Origin: the human T2T-CHM13v2.0 reference genome, Homo sapiens
DNA: 64,000 nt
Assembly (NCBI RefSeq): GCF_009914755.1
Contig: NC_060931.1
Direction: 5' to 3' (one strand)
Positions 13,244 to 26,702 of the stretch are shown piece after piece. The notes under the pieces were generated by a model. That model was given only the letters and a program-made list of their open reading frames with translations. It was not told the DNA's origin and made no database searches. Position 1 is the first letter of the stretch. Each line of letters begins with the position of its first letter. Position numbers and translations under genes: made by a program.

Positions 13244-14629
13244 AGCATATTTAAAAACGAACAGATAAGCAAGCAAAAACTCACTGTCTCAGTCTGAGAG
13301 CAAAGGGAGAAAAAAACAGAGAGATTAAAAAAAAAACCACTCAGATCCATCGAACGTGCTAACTAGAGATATGCTAGAGAAAAAAGATAGCAACAAACTT
13401 AGTTGTTCAAATAAAGTTCCTCCTAAAAAATTGGAGAAATTCACATTGAACACACAGGACTCTACTGCATAAAAAGAGTAACAGAAATTTATGTTACTTC
13501 ATTACTGTAATATTAAAAACTGAGGTACATGTGGCAGAGATATGTAGTGGTCAACACTAGGCGTTCAGAAGTCAGGCTTCAGAAATGCCAATAGCACCTT
13601 CAGTTTAAGAACCTGCTGGGTCGACTGACCCCATGAAGCAAATGTAGGGACCAGTGCAAAATTATCCCAGGAAGTAGGCTTTGTGGATGTAAGTAACTCT
13701 AGAGCATAGGAAATAAAATCACTGGATAGAGCCTGCACCCAGGACCAACAATAGAAAACTGTAAATGGAATGAGCATTAACGGTCTTGGATTCAGCAGGT
13801 GGGAAAGAAAGACACCTTAAGCTTGTGGGACGCCTTTGATACAAAGTTCTGAGTTATGTAAGAAAGCTAAAATATCACAGCTGCCCTTCACTGGGAGAGT
13901 AGCATAGAAGGATTCACTCTCACTACCCCCTTCAGATATGCTGAACACAATTCCACAATTAACCTCCTGACTTTCCATTCTGAACCATAGACATCAACTG
14001 GCCTCTGGGTGAGACAGAATGTCTTCTCTTTCTCCAGATAACCCAGATGATCTTCTATAGAATTTACGGGAATGAGATCATATGCAGATAAAATCAGCAC
14101 TGGGAAGTTAGATTGCTCTTTTCCTCTTCTAAGAGGAAGAGTCATATCCCTGGGTGACCACAGTCACTGAGGTTACATCAAATGACTTAAGAGAACAAAA
14201 GCTCTGCAGATTGTGATAGTTGGCACTTATCCCCCACTAAGAATGGAGTTTCCATTCTTAGTTACTTCTGCTAGTAACACTCCTGGCCTCTCTCTGTACC
14301 CCTCAGTCCCATGTCAATGGTAAATTTGCTAGAAAAAAGTGAGCTCAACAACATCTTTCTCTTTTGTATCTTCCAGGAACACATTCTGGTCTGTTCTCTG
14401 CCACACAGTAAGGGACCTGACTCTGGCCTGAGGTTATCTGACTCCACAAGTAACTGAGTAGGAAAGTTTGTCTAATTTAGAAAGGAGGTATAGGCTAGCC
14501 CATTGAACCATAGAACTAAAGGCATGAACTTCAACCAGTTATCTCATAGACATAGTGCTTTCCTCTTGATACGACTGACTCCTATCACTGTCTTCCACTT
14601 GATTGAACTTGAAAGAAGAGAAGGAGCAC

Positions 14630-15014
14630 TGTATTAGTTTGCCAGCGCAGCCATAACAAAAAGCACCACAGACTGATCACTTAAACAACAGAAATTTATT
14701 TTCTTACAAGTCTAGAGGCTAGAAATCTGAGATTAAGGTGTCTGTAGGGTTGATTTATCCTGAGGCCTCTCTCCTTCGCTTGTAGATGGCGTCATTTTCC
14801 TGAGTCTTCATGTAATCTTTCCTCTGTATCTGTCTGTGTCTTAATCTCTTCTTCTTTTAAGTCACCTGTCACATTGGGTTAAGGGTCACCCTAATGACCT
14901 TATTTTAATTTAATTACCTCTTTAAAGACCTTGTCTCCAGAAGCAGTCACATTCTGAGGTACTGAGGGTTAGGAGTTTGACAAATTTTGGGAGGACACAA
15001 TTCAGTCCACAACA
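14630..15014 (-). mobile_element. MLT1 (MLT1A/B-like) solo LTR, ERVL-MaLR
   Basis: tgtattagttt...ttaaacaacagaaatttatt...ggacacaattcagtccacaaca; flanks agcac/agtat (degenerate 5-bp TSD). Confidence 0.9.
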
Positions 15015-16879
15015 AGTATTGTTTATTGGATTCCTCTAAAACTCCAGCTGGTACAGATGGATGCATTTCTAGTTTTGTCAAAGGGTTACATTCCTTAACT
15101 TCCATAGCATCGATTGCAGGTATAACACAGAATGGTTTCTTGGTATAGCTGTTAGTTCTGGACTTTATCGTAAGTTTTAATCGTTTACTTTTAAATATAA
15201 CTTACCAACATAAGCCTAATAAATAAAATTAATTACACAATCAAATATGCTAAGAAGAACCAGATCATTTCAGCCTGGAGTAGAATGTGACCTCAAGCAT
15301 TTCAACCATGATTATAAATTACCATTGTATCATTCAAAAATGAGTGATTTTATCAGTCATTTCTCATAATTAATTCTTATACAAAGAAACATGGGCTCAG
15401 AATGACAAAGAGAGTTTTTAAATCACAGAAAGTTAAAATAAGACCCTGGAAAGAGGCAATAGAAGAACTGACAGGGTGTTAAATCTGTACCTAAAACCTA
15501 TAGTAAGGAAGCATGCAACTTGAATTAAAATGGTTGGAGGAAACTGTATGGATGAAACAGAAAATGCCCTGTGTCCTCAGAGGTTAAAGATTTAAGGCAA
15601 GTGAGTAGGACTTATTTGGTAAGACTTCTAGGGAGAAAGTGTCTTAGGTTCTTATTCTGGGATGAGGCCAGAGTAAAGAGGCTGAAAGGAATGGATAGCC
15701 TCATCTACAAAGACCCAGGCTGGGAGGGACAAGGCATTTTTATAGTTTGGGGAGCAGAGGGCTCATGGAAAGGAGGAAGGGAGCACAAACTAGAATAGAT
15801 CGTTGGAAGAAAGTCACATCCTCAAATTCCAGAGGGAACTTTGTGTGCGAAGGCAGGCAGTGTTTTGTGACTGTTGTCCCTGGCTTGGGAACCACAGAAG
15901 ATAGAGAAAGTGTATACCCCAGGTGGTAGGGAATAGGCCAGGGAGGTAGATAAGGACTAGCTTTGAAGAGCTTTGACTCTGATCCTGGGTTGGTTTCTCT
16001 CCCTTCTTCACCATGGTATCCTATATTGTTACTAACTGAAAGTCACCACTTCTTCAAAACCAGTTGTTTTAAGTGCTAAACTTGTCCTTCAGATTGATCT
16101 TGGAGGTAAATCAAGTGACTGATTTTTCGTTCACCATTTATGTCCTGGAGATTAGGGGAGGGCGTCAGAGGCAAGTAACTGGTAATCGTTGAAACATTTG
16201 TAGACATGTCCTTCTTAATTGACTTTGGCCCACTGGTTTACAAGTCTGAGGAGGTGCCTCTAATACAGCGGAGCGCAGATTTTAGACACAGTTTAATTAA
16301 ATAGTCTGGTGCATTATTTGTTTCCTTCCTCAGCATTTAAAGAATAGCCCATCCATAAGGAACCCTATAAAATATTGTGCCGTTTTATGTATCTTTTAGT
16401 TCTTCAGTGCCAGGAAAATAAAATCCCTTTGATCCAAAAGAGTTGTGAGGCAAACTTTTGAAGTTCTCTCCCCACCTTCTCTGGAATCTTTAATCTTTTG
16501 AGATCATGAAAGTAAAAAATATTTTTGAAAATCACCAGTCAAATTTAGGACTAAGAAAACGGTGAATTTTTTGGAGTCTGTAGATGTAGGTGGAAAGCAT
16601 GGACTTTGCCTGCCACAGACCCTATCTTTGCCTCATAGGGTTTTTCAAGCTCTTATCCTGCTTATTGCTCTTGGCTCTGCAATATCCATTTTTTTTTGCC
16701 TAATCTCCTTTCCATACAAAAGCAAGGATCTAATTATTTTAGGATCTGGTTCTTGAGTAGGCCAAAAAAAGGTAAAAAAGTTGTCTAAGGAAATCTAGGG
16801 AGGTACAGGAGGGCAGTCCATTGAACTAAAATCAGCCTCTCCTACTTTCATTTATCTCCTTAATAAATAGATATTAATC

Positions 16880-17280
16880 ATCTTTTATGTGCCAGGCATT
16901 TGCTAGAAGTGTGATTTTTATCAAATTACTTAACTTCTTTATATTTCTGATTCCTCACAATGTTGTTGATAAGATGGACTGACATAACATGTGAAATATT
17001 GACTAATATGTGGCATAACGGGGCCTCAACAAGTATAGACTCTTCTTTACCTTCTTCATTGGTTTTTGCAGATTAATGTTGAAATGTGTGTGATGTTTTT
17101 GAAGACTATGAAGTAAAAAATTCCTGGTTCTTATCTTATATCCACCATTTACTGAACTTTTCCAAGTTTATACAACTTTTTAAGCAATAGCGTCCCTATT
17201 TGGGAACAGTATTAAGAATACCAACCTAGGCTGTGTACTTGTGAGGATCCGTGAGATAATCTGGCACAAAGCCTGGACTG
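16880..17280 (+). mobile_element. Two degenerate MIR fragments
   Basis: aaattacttaacttcttt...gttgttgataagat; ttgtgaggatccgtgagataatctggcacaaagcctgg. Confidence 0.55.
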
Positions 17281-18212
17281 AGGGAGACAGGAGATGCTGT
17301 TGCTCTTCTCTTCCCAGAGTGGGGTTCTCCCTCCATGCATCACCATATCTTAATCCTGGGACTCTAAGCTACCAAATGAATGAGAAATTCAAGCCCTAGA
17401 AAGATTGAAAAGAGAGAGCCTTTTAGGTAGGAAGGCTTTAAAGTAGGTGTTTCATATATCTTTTTTTAAGAAAGCTATAATGTTCCATATATGAGATTTT
17501 CATAGCAAACTTAATGTTATATTTTAAAGTTACCATTTTTACAAGGGCATCTTACTCATCATTAGTGTTTAACACACAAAAAAAGGGTAAAATATGCTTT
17601 CATAGAATGAAAGTAAAATCATCCCAGAGAAGTTTTGTGAGGGTAAAATAATGCCAACAAATCAATTAATTAATCAAACCAGTATTAGTGTTATCAAGTG
17701 AAGAACCTGATTAAAAGCCAAGATCAAATTCTACATTTCACATAGCAGATTTGATATAATAAAGAAAATGAAGATGACAACAAAAGTCCACTGGATCCTG
17801 GACCTTAGATGTGGCAAATAAAATAATCTGGATCAAGCTTATCTACAAAGGGCACAACTATTAATTAATTATAATTAACACCTCTATTACCAGATTCTCT
17901 TCTCCTTTCACATTTGGTATTTATAATTTCTTAATAATAAATTAATATTGAAATTAGATTATCAGATATCTGAGTTAATATAGTTATACTATGTTTGCAT
18001 TTATTTACTTATTACTATTAATCTCGCAAAATATTTGAGAAGTCATAATGAATCAGGTCCATTTTAAGATTATAAATATAGAAATGTGCTCTCTAAACCC
18101 AAAGGGGACCACAGGAAGACCTGCCAATATAAAGTCCATTAAAAGGCATTTAAGTTTTCAGTTATTCAACAAACATGATAGTGTAATACATATAATCAAA
18201 GAGAAATCTTTC

Positions 18213-18405
18213 CCCTTTCTTCCTTCCTTCCTTCCTTCCTTCCTTCCTTCCTTCCTTCCTTCCTTCCTTCCTTCCTTCTTTCTTTCTCTCTCTTTCTTTC
18301 TTCTTTCTTTCTCTCTCTCTTTCTTTCTTCTTTCTTTCTCTCTCTCTCTTTCTCTCTCTTTCTTCCCCTCCCTCCCTTCCTTCCTTCCTTTTTTTTTTTT
18401 TTTTT
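18213..18405. repeat. Compound polypyrimidine microsatellite (CCTT)n/(CT)n/(CTTT)n/T
   Basis: ~190 bp of pure C/T on the + strand. Confidence 0.95.
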
Positions 18406-18712
18406 ATTTTGAGATGGAGTCTCACTCTCTCACCTAGGCTGGAGTGCAGTGGTGCAATCCTGGCTCCCTGCAACCTCTGCCTCCCAGGTTCAAGCGATTC
18501 TTATGCCTCAGCCTCCTGAGTAGCTGGGATTACAGGCACCCACCACAATGCCTGGCTACTTTTTTTTTTTTTTTTTTCTTTTTGTATTTTTAGTAGAGAC
18601 AGGGTTTCACCATGTCTGCCAGGCTGGTCTCGAAATCCTGGCCTCAAGTGATCTGCCTGCCTCAGCCTCCCGAAGTGCAGAGATTACAGGCATGAGCCAC
18701 CATGCCCAGGCT
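18390..18712 (-). mobile_element. AluS
   Basis: full dimer; TSD aaagagaaat[c/g]tttc at 18198-18212 and 18714-18728 encloses the Alu plus the microsatellite. Confidence 0.95.
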
Positions 18713-18714
18713 GA

Positions 18715-19059
<345 letters not shown>

Positions 19060-19230
19060 AAAATATTCTATTTTTAAAGCAAATATGCCCAAAGGGCTTT
19101 ATGATTTAAGAATGACCTTGTGGTTGTCAGGAAAAATGGTGGAAGAAAAACATCTGAAAAGCCTCTTCTCCATAAAAGCAATGAGAACGCTGGAAAAACA
19201 TGGTCGAAATTAACTTTTTAAAAACACCGG

Positions 19231-19550
<320 letters not shown>

Positions 19551-20440
19551 CTAGCAGATACTGGAGTGGTCAGAAAAGTGTTAGGGATCTTTCAAAGCTC
19601 CATTTCAGAGCGGTATCATTATTTGACCTGTATGATAGTTCCCTGGAAACCCCACTTTTACAGTTTGTCTTCTCTTGACCTGACTTAAAACTCACCCACT
19701 AGAATAACCTTTTCTATGGGGGCATTTATCAGAAACAATTGATAGTGATTGTTTATCATCAGAGCTACCTGAGGTGGAGATATTTGGGGTAAACAACAAG
19801 CTATTCAGAAAATTTAAAAGGAAAGACTGGGTAGTGAATTCTACAGGGGGCTTTAAAAAGTTCTGACATATTCTTGGGAATTTAGAAAGCTACATGCATG
19901 TGTAGGGCTGTGTGCATGCTCTGAAAATATCTGAAAAAACTCTAAGTTCTGACCTCTGGCTAACCTTCAGGTTCTGCCAAGCAGGAAGTGAAAGCTAAGG
20001 CACAATTCTAAACTGCCTAGCTAAGTAGTGAAGGCTTACTCCAACATACATACAGAGGTCCTTGACAAAGACTGGGAGATTTATTAGTTCCAGGCATTTA
20101 AGGAAATCCTCTTTCCAATAACTATCTAACTACTAAACCAATCAAGCAGAGATTTCAGTGGCATACATGAGAAAGAATGCAGAATTTACAGAATTAGTTC
20201 AGGGAATTCACCAGAAAACAGGAGAGCAAAACCAACAACAATAAACAGCAATACAGACAGCAACAAACCCTGGAGAGGAAGAAAGATCTGATTTTCTGAT
20301 TTAAAATGTCCAATTTTTCCAACAAAAATTGTGATATGGAAAGAAAAAATATGGCTCATATGCAAGAAAAGAAAAAGAGTCAGTACAACCAGTTAATTCC
20401 TCAAGGAATCCTAGACATTGGGCTTACTTGACAAAGACCT

Positions 20441-20711
20441 TATTATTTATTTATTTTTATTTTTTAGAGACTGGGTCCCACTTTGTCACCCAGGCTGGAG
20501 TACAGTGGTGCAATCATGGCTCACTGCAGCCTCAAACTCCTGGGAGTACAAGCACACACCACCATGTCTGGCTAATTTTTTAATTAAAAGAAGGTTTTTT
20601 TTGGTAGAGATGAAGTCTTGCTATATTTCCCAGGCCTGTCATGAACTGATGGCCTCAAGTGATCCTCCTGCCTCGGACCCCCAAAGTGCTGGAATTACAC
20701 TGTACCTGGCC
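20441..20711 (-). mobile_element. AluJ-like, internally deleted
   Basis: caatcatggctcactgcagcctcaaactcctggg (J-type); TSD acaaagac[c/t]tta. Confidence 0.85.
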
Positions 20712-23519
20712 AACAAAGACTTTAAATCAGTTATTTTAAATATGTCCAAAGAACTAAAGTAAACCACATCTAAAGAACTAATAGAAAGTGTAATAATGAT
20801 GTCTCACCACATAGAGAATGTCAATAAAATTTATAAATAATAAAAAAAGAATTAAAAATAATCTGCAGTTGAAAGGTAAAATAATGAAAATAAAAAATTC
20901 ACTAGAGGGTCTCAGCAGTATCTTTGAACAGATGGAGAAAAGAATCAGCAGATCTGGAAACAGGTCAATGGAGAATACGCTGTCTGAAGAAAAATAAAAG
21001 AATGAAGGAAAAAACCCCCATAGGGTTGCAAGACATTATAAAGAGTCCCAATATATGCACAATGTAAGTCCCAAAAGGAGAGGATATAGGAAAAGGGGCA
21101 AAAGAATAAGTAAAGAAATAATGGCCCCAAACTTACCAAATTTGATGAAAAACATTAATCTACATATCCAAGAAGTTCAATGAACTCCAGGTAGGACTAA
21201 ATCAGAGATCTGCGGCCAGACACATCATAAACTGTCAAAGGCAAGAGACAAAGAAAGAATCTTAAAAGCAGCAAGAGAGAAGCATCATGTACAAGGAAGC
21301 CTTAATAAAATTAATAGCTGATTTCTTATCAAAAATCATGGAGGCCAGAAGAAATGGAATGATGTATTTAGTGTTGAAAGAAAAAGACTGTTAACCAAGA
21401 ATTCTATATGCAGCAAAACTATCCTTCAAAATGAAGGGGAGGAAAATGACAAGGATATCTGCTCTTATCATTTTCACTCAACATTGTACTGGAATTTCTA
21501 GCCGAGGTAATTAAGCAAAGAAAAAAATGCATTCAGATGGAAATGAAGCAGTAAAAATACTTCCATTTTCAGACTATGTTATCTTTTTATAAACAAAATC
21601 CTAAGGAATCCATTACACAGCTATTAGAGCTAGCTAATAAACAAGCTTAGCAATGTTGCAGGATACAAGATCTAAATTTTGAAATACATTATATTTCTAT
21701 GCACTATCAATGGACAATCCAAAATATAATTTAAATATTCATTAAAAATAGCATAAAAAAGGATAAAATAATTAGTAATAAATTTAACAAAAGAAATGCA
21801 GGTTTGCACACTGTAAACTATAAAACATTGTTGAAAGAAATTAAATAAGACCTAATAGGAAGACATTTCATGTTCATGGAAGATTTAATATTGTTAAGAT
21901 GGTTACATTCCCCAGATTTATATACAAAGTTAATGAATTCCCTATAAAAATCCAGTTGCGTTTTTTTGCAGACATTAATAGCTGATTCCAAACTTCACAG
22001 AGAAATGTAGGGAACCCAGAATAGCTAAAACAGTCTTTAAAAGGAACAGAGAAAATGCACACTTCCTGATTTCAAATTTTACTACTAAGCCATGATAGCT
22101 TCATAAGAAGAGAGTGTGGTACTGGCATAAGAATAGATTTATAGAACAATGAAATAGGATTAAGAATCAAGAAACAAAGATCTTATATTTATGGTCAGTT
22201 GGTTTACTTTAAGGGTATCAACATAATTTAATGAGGAAAAAACAGTCCAGTCCTTTCAACAAATAGTGCTGGGCAACTATTGATAGTCATATGCAAAAAA
22301 AAAAAAAAAAAGTTAAATTGTTACTGCACATCATATATAAAAATTAATTCAAAATTGATCAAAGACCTAAATATAAGAACAAAAACTATAAAATTCTTAA
22401 GAAGACATAGGTGTGAATCTCTGTGACCTTGGATTAGGCGATTTTTTTTTTCTGGATATGATTCCAAAAGCAAAGCAACCAAAGAAAAAAAATTTGACTT
22501 CATCAAAACTAAAAAATGTTGCACATCAATGGACACTATCAAGGTGAAAAGAACACAGAGAGTGAGAAACATATTTGTAAATTATATGTCTGATAAAGGG
22601 GCATGTATCCAGACTACGTAAAGAATGTTTATAATAAAAATACAAATAATTTAATTTTAAAATGGGAAAAAATTGAATGGAGATTTCTACACAGAAGACA
22701 TGCAATTGGCCAATAAGAACATGAAAATATGCTTAACATATTTAATCATTAGGAAAATGCAAATCAAAAATCACAATGAGACAGCACTTCACACTCATTA
22801 GTGTAGCTATACTTTTTTAAATGGACAATAACGTGTTGGCATGGATGTGGTAAAATTGGAACCCTTACACACAGCTTAAGAGAAGTAAAATGGTTTAACT
22901 GCTATGGAGTACAGTTTGGCAGTTTCTTGAAATGCTAAACATGGAGTTGTCATTAACCTAGAAAGTGCAGTCCTAACTATTTCATGAAGAGAAATAAATA
23001 CATATGTACACACAAAAACTTGTTCATGAATGTTTATATCAGCTTATTTGTAATGGCCCCAAAGGGGAAACAACCCAAATATCTATCACCTAATGAATGG
23101 ATAAACACAATATGGTATATCTAGTATATCTAATGTTCCAATGGAATATTATTCAGCTATAACAAAGAAGGAAGTATGCTACAACATGGATGAATCTTGA
23201 AAACATGCTGAGTAAAAAAAGCCAGACAGAAAAGGCCACATAATATATTATTCTATTTATATGAAATGTTCAGAATATGCACATCCATAGAGATAGAAAG
23301 TAGATTAGTAGTACCTAGGGATAGGGTGCAGGAGAAATTGATTAATAGATAAAGGGTGATTGTTAATAGGTAAAGGGTTTCTTTTTGTGGTAATGAAAGG
23401 GTTTTAAAATTGACTGTAGTAATGGTTGCACAATTTTGTCAATGTACTATAAACCATTAAATGGTACACTTTAAATGGGTGAATTATGGTATGTAAATAT
23501 AAATGTGCCATGATAATCA

Positions 23520-24030
23520 TATCTCTTTCTGAGCTCCATAGGCATACTATCCAATTGCTTACCTGAAATCTTCTTTGGATACCTCAATGGTATCTCAACA
23601 ACAGTATATTCCATTTGGATTCATTATCTACCTCTTTTCCACTCATACGTCTTTCAGAATTCCTTATCTCAATTGCAAAAATCAGTCCGTCATTCAGTTG
23701 CATACTGTAGAAACCTGAGAGCCATTCTTTAAACTTCCCTCCTTTTAACTACTTGTTCATCTTACTTCCCAGGCATCTCTTTTATCCACTTTTATACATC
23801 TCTACCTCACCACCATAGTAAGTCTGGACCGTTTTAATAGTATCCTAACTAATCTTCCCATATCCATTCACAGCTTTTTCAAATCTCCACGTTCTCCACT
23901 TTAAATCAGGGTGCATTTTCAGAATGCTAATCCAATCATGTCACCCTCAACTGAACCCGTAGACTCAAATTGTAGAGGATCCTACATATTCTGGCCCCTT
24001 TCTGCTTGTTCAACCTTTCACACCTGATTT
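23520..24030 (+). mobile_element. L2 LINE fragment
   Basis: ctgagctccataggcatactatccaattgcttacctgaaatc...ggtatctcaac; aatcatgtcaccctc. Confidence 0.7.
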
Positions 24031-24589
24031 CTGCTAAAAAAAAAAAAAGTCAACAAATATAGCAAAAATCAACAAAGATAGCAAAAAATTATTAAACTGA
24101 TTATGTATTTTAATGTCTCTTACAAATATCTATACATGAAGCACAACATTTTTCAAGATTTCATGAATAGGTAGGTAATTTAGAATTATTGTGTTTAAAA
24201 TAAATTCTTCAATATATTTTCAGTGATAATTCTTGATGGTATTCTTGTAATGACTGATTATAAACTTATATTTCAATTAAACAGATAGACCAATCTTTCG
24301 TTTTATTATTTTCCCCCACAGTTTGAAAGCGGAGGTAGCCTTTCTTCAAATGGAATCTTATTAGAAAACTAAATGTGAAACAAGAAAAATTAGTTGCCCT
24401 GGTGAGGGGTAGTGGAAACTGGTCTTCTGTCAGCTTGATCCCTTTCTTAGTATCTGATCTAGATTCCCAATTATGTAGGAGACACAATTGAAATTCACTG
24501 GCCTAACCTATTAAACACTGTTTATAAAAAAGAGTGATGTCATGCTTTGATTTTTTCATTTGCATTAATATTTTTTCTAAAAAACTTAC

Positions 24590-24723
24590 TTTTGAAATCT
24601 TCCACGGACCTCTTTTTAATATCATGGGTAGTACCTCCATTCCTCTTTTTTTCTTGTAGTTCCTGCATGTTGGTTTATATTATTTTTTTCCTTTCCTGGC
24701 CACCTGTACTGTATTCATATCTC
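24590..24723 (-). other. Candidate exon (134 nt) of an unidentified minus-strand transcript
   Basis: donor AAA|GTAAGT; weak acceptor gattctcacag|G; purine-rich, non-repeat sequence. Confidence 0.3.
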
Positions 24724-25388
24724 CTGTGAGAATCACCTCAAGGGTTCTCCATAATAGTTTACAGAAAAATCCATCGAGATGCATTTATTTCTTCATTTGG
24801 TAAGATTAATGGTGCTTTCGGAAGCATTGACAATTTACCCTTTCGCTGACCCTGCGAATGATGCTGATGTGGCCATGGAGCACTCAGAGATGAGCATATA
24901 AATGCCAGTCCTCTCAGAAAGTCTTACTGCACTCCTCCCCTCAGATAGTATCTTTTCAAATGTCTGGCTTCTACTTCTTCAACTTTTTCCATGCCTCAAA
25001 GTGCTACTGTCTCCAGTGATGTATCGGTAAATGTTTAATAATTGGCTCTCTTGAGGGTCAGGTGGGGGAGAAAGCCCTGATTTATAGTGTTTCCCTATTT
25101 CAGGATATTTACACGCTGGCTAATTTCAAACTACCAGCGCTGCCACTGGGTGTGGACTGAAGAAGAGCCATGTGGTGGCAGAGGGTTGAATAGTATTTCC
25201 AGCAGACAGAGACGGGAGATGTAAACAACCCCAAGGCATAAATGATAGTAAGATAATTAGGAAGGAGTGAGTTTTGAGTCTTGGAAATGCTTCAGCACAG
25301 GGTGACTGTCTCACTCATGGGTAGCCACTAACTGGAAGTGGTAAGGATGCGTGGGCTATTTTCCTAAACGTCAAAGAACAGAGGGAGC

Positions 25389-25567
25389 AGAGATGGCAAA
25401 TTGGTTTAACTTGGGAGCCATATCTTGTCAGTTGCTTGTGATTTAGTTGGCTGTGTTAAAAAGAATTCTGAAACTCTGTTCTGAGAGTTCTATAGTCTAT
25501 TATTAATGTTCACTAAGGGCTAAGAAGGAAGGCATATTATATTTTATTCCACACACTTTTCATCCCC
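25389..25567 (+). mobile_element. MER103-like hAT-Charlie relic
   Basis: cagagatggcaaattggttt...gctgtgttaaaaagaattctga...catcccct. Confidence 0.5.
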
Positions 25568-26059
25568 TTTATAAGCATATTTACATTGTAAAGCATCCCC
25601 TTTATAACCATCTAAGCAGTAGAGGAATATACAGGATCTATTTCACTCTCCTTTGACCTCTATGCACATCTGCCCATGCCCCACATATGATTCTGTGGTC
25701 CCTGCAGGTCCAGAGATGCCTTCCCACCCAGCTTTCTGTGCTCGCCACTGCCTCCCAGACACTGCCCTCCGTGCCCCCCCGGCCCTCAGCCCTGGTGGCC
25801 ATGGCGGTAGCCTGGAGGGCATCATAAGGGCTCTGGCTTCCCTTCTGGAGCACTCTGGCACTCGATGCCATGACCTTGTCTCCTTGGCTTTCTGCTCCTT
25901 GGTTGCACACCCCACCCCGTGATATCTGCTATGTCCCCTCCATTTGCTGGTTCGATGGGCAACCCTTCCATGCTTCACAGACACCAGCTTCTTGTTTTTC
26001 TCTCAGCTCAGCCTGTGTCGAATTCCTTAGGCCATAGGGAAGAGACATTCTCTCACCTG

Positions 26060-26151
26060 ACCTGAGGCTCAGGGAATCTTTCCTGACCAGGTGACGCTTC
26101 CTGTTACCTGAGGCTCAGGGAGTCCTTCCTGACCAGGTGACGCTTCCTGTT
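26060..26151. repeat. Tandem duplication, 46 bp x2 (2 mismatches)
   Basis: acctgaggctcaggga[a/g]tc[t/c]ttcctgaccaggtgacgcttcctgtt twice. Confidence 0.95.
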
Positions 26152-26604
26152 GCCTCCCCCTCATAATTCCCTCTCTGCTCCCAGCTCCAGCAAAGGGTTT
26201 TGGTGTCATTCAGGATTCCAATTAGATATTTGCACTGAGTTCACCTACACAGGGCGGGTACACAGCGTGTGATCGAGTCTTCGTTCAGTCAAATTCTTTT
26301 CAGTCTATGTACTTTCTCCCTAAGAGGGTTAAAACTTGAGGGCAAAAAAAAAAAAAAAAATCAATCAATCAATCAATTGTATGTTATGTAATTCCCACAA
26401 CCCTTAGAAAATACACTTTTTTATTGCTAGAAAGTGGTGACCAGAAATATTAGAAACCGAGGTGACCTTCTGATGGCTTTTAAAGGTTAAATATATTTGG
26501 GAGAAACTTGTTGGCATTTTCATTACAACTAGAGGTTCAATGATTTCCCCTTATTATGCTAACAATTGGCTTTAAAAAATAACCAGAAGTTGTCTTGTAC
26601 TCAC

Positions 26605-26702
26605 CAGTTAGATGACAAACTGTCCTTCACCCTGAAATGGGCTGAACTGCTGTTAACACACTTCTGACGGGGAGGCTTCTGGACTCTCAGGAAGATGAAA
26701 AG
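26605..26702 (-). other. Candidate internal exon (98 nt)
   Basis: acceptor ttgctttctctttctgtctctgttag|C and donor CTG|GTGAGTAC, both near consensus, in unique sequence. Confidence 0.45.

Noticed and set aside
13560-14620. Possible endogenous viral element or processed pseudogene (ORFs 13565-13777, 13888-14145)
   Set aside because: No motif I can recognise and no poly-A/TSD; a tBLASTx search would be needed.
18048-18473. 129-aa PSFL-repeat and 103-aa KEGR-repeat ORFs
   Set aside because: Translations of the microsatellite.
25638-25984. Three overlapping ORFs in a GC-rich patch (also 40181-40697)
   Set aside because: Stop scarcity follows from GC content; no recognisable homology or supporting splice structure.
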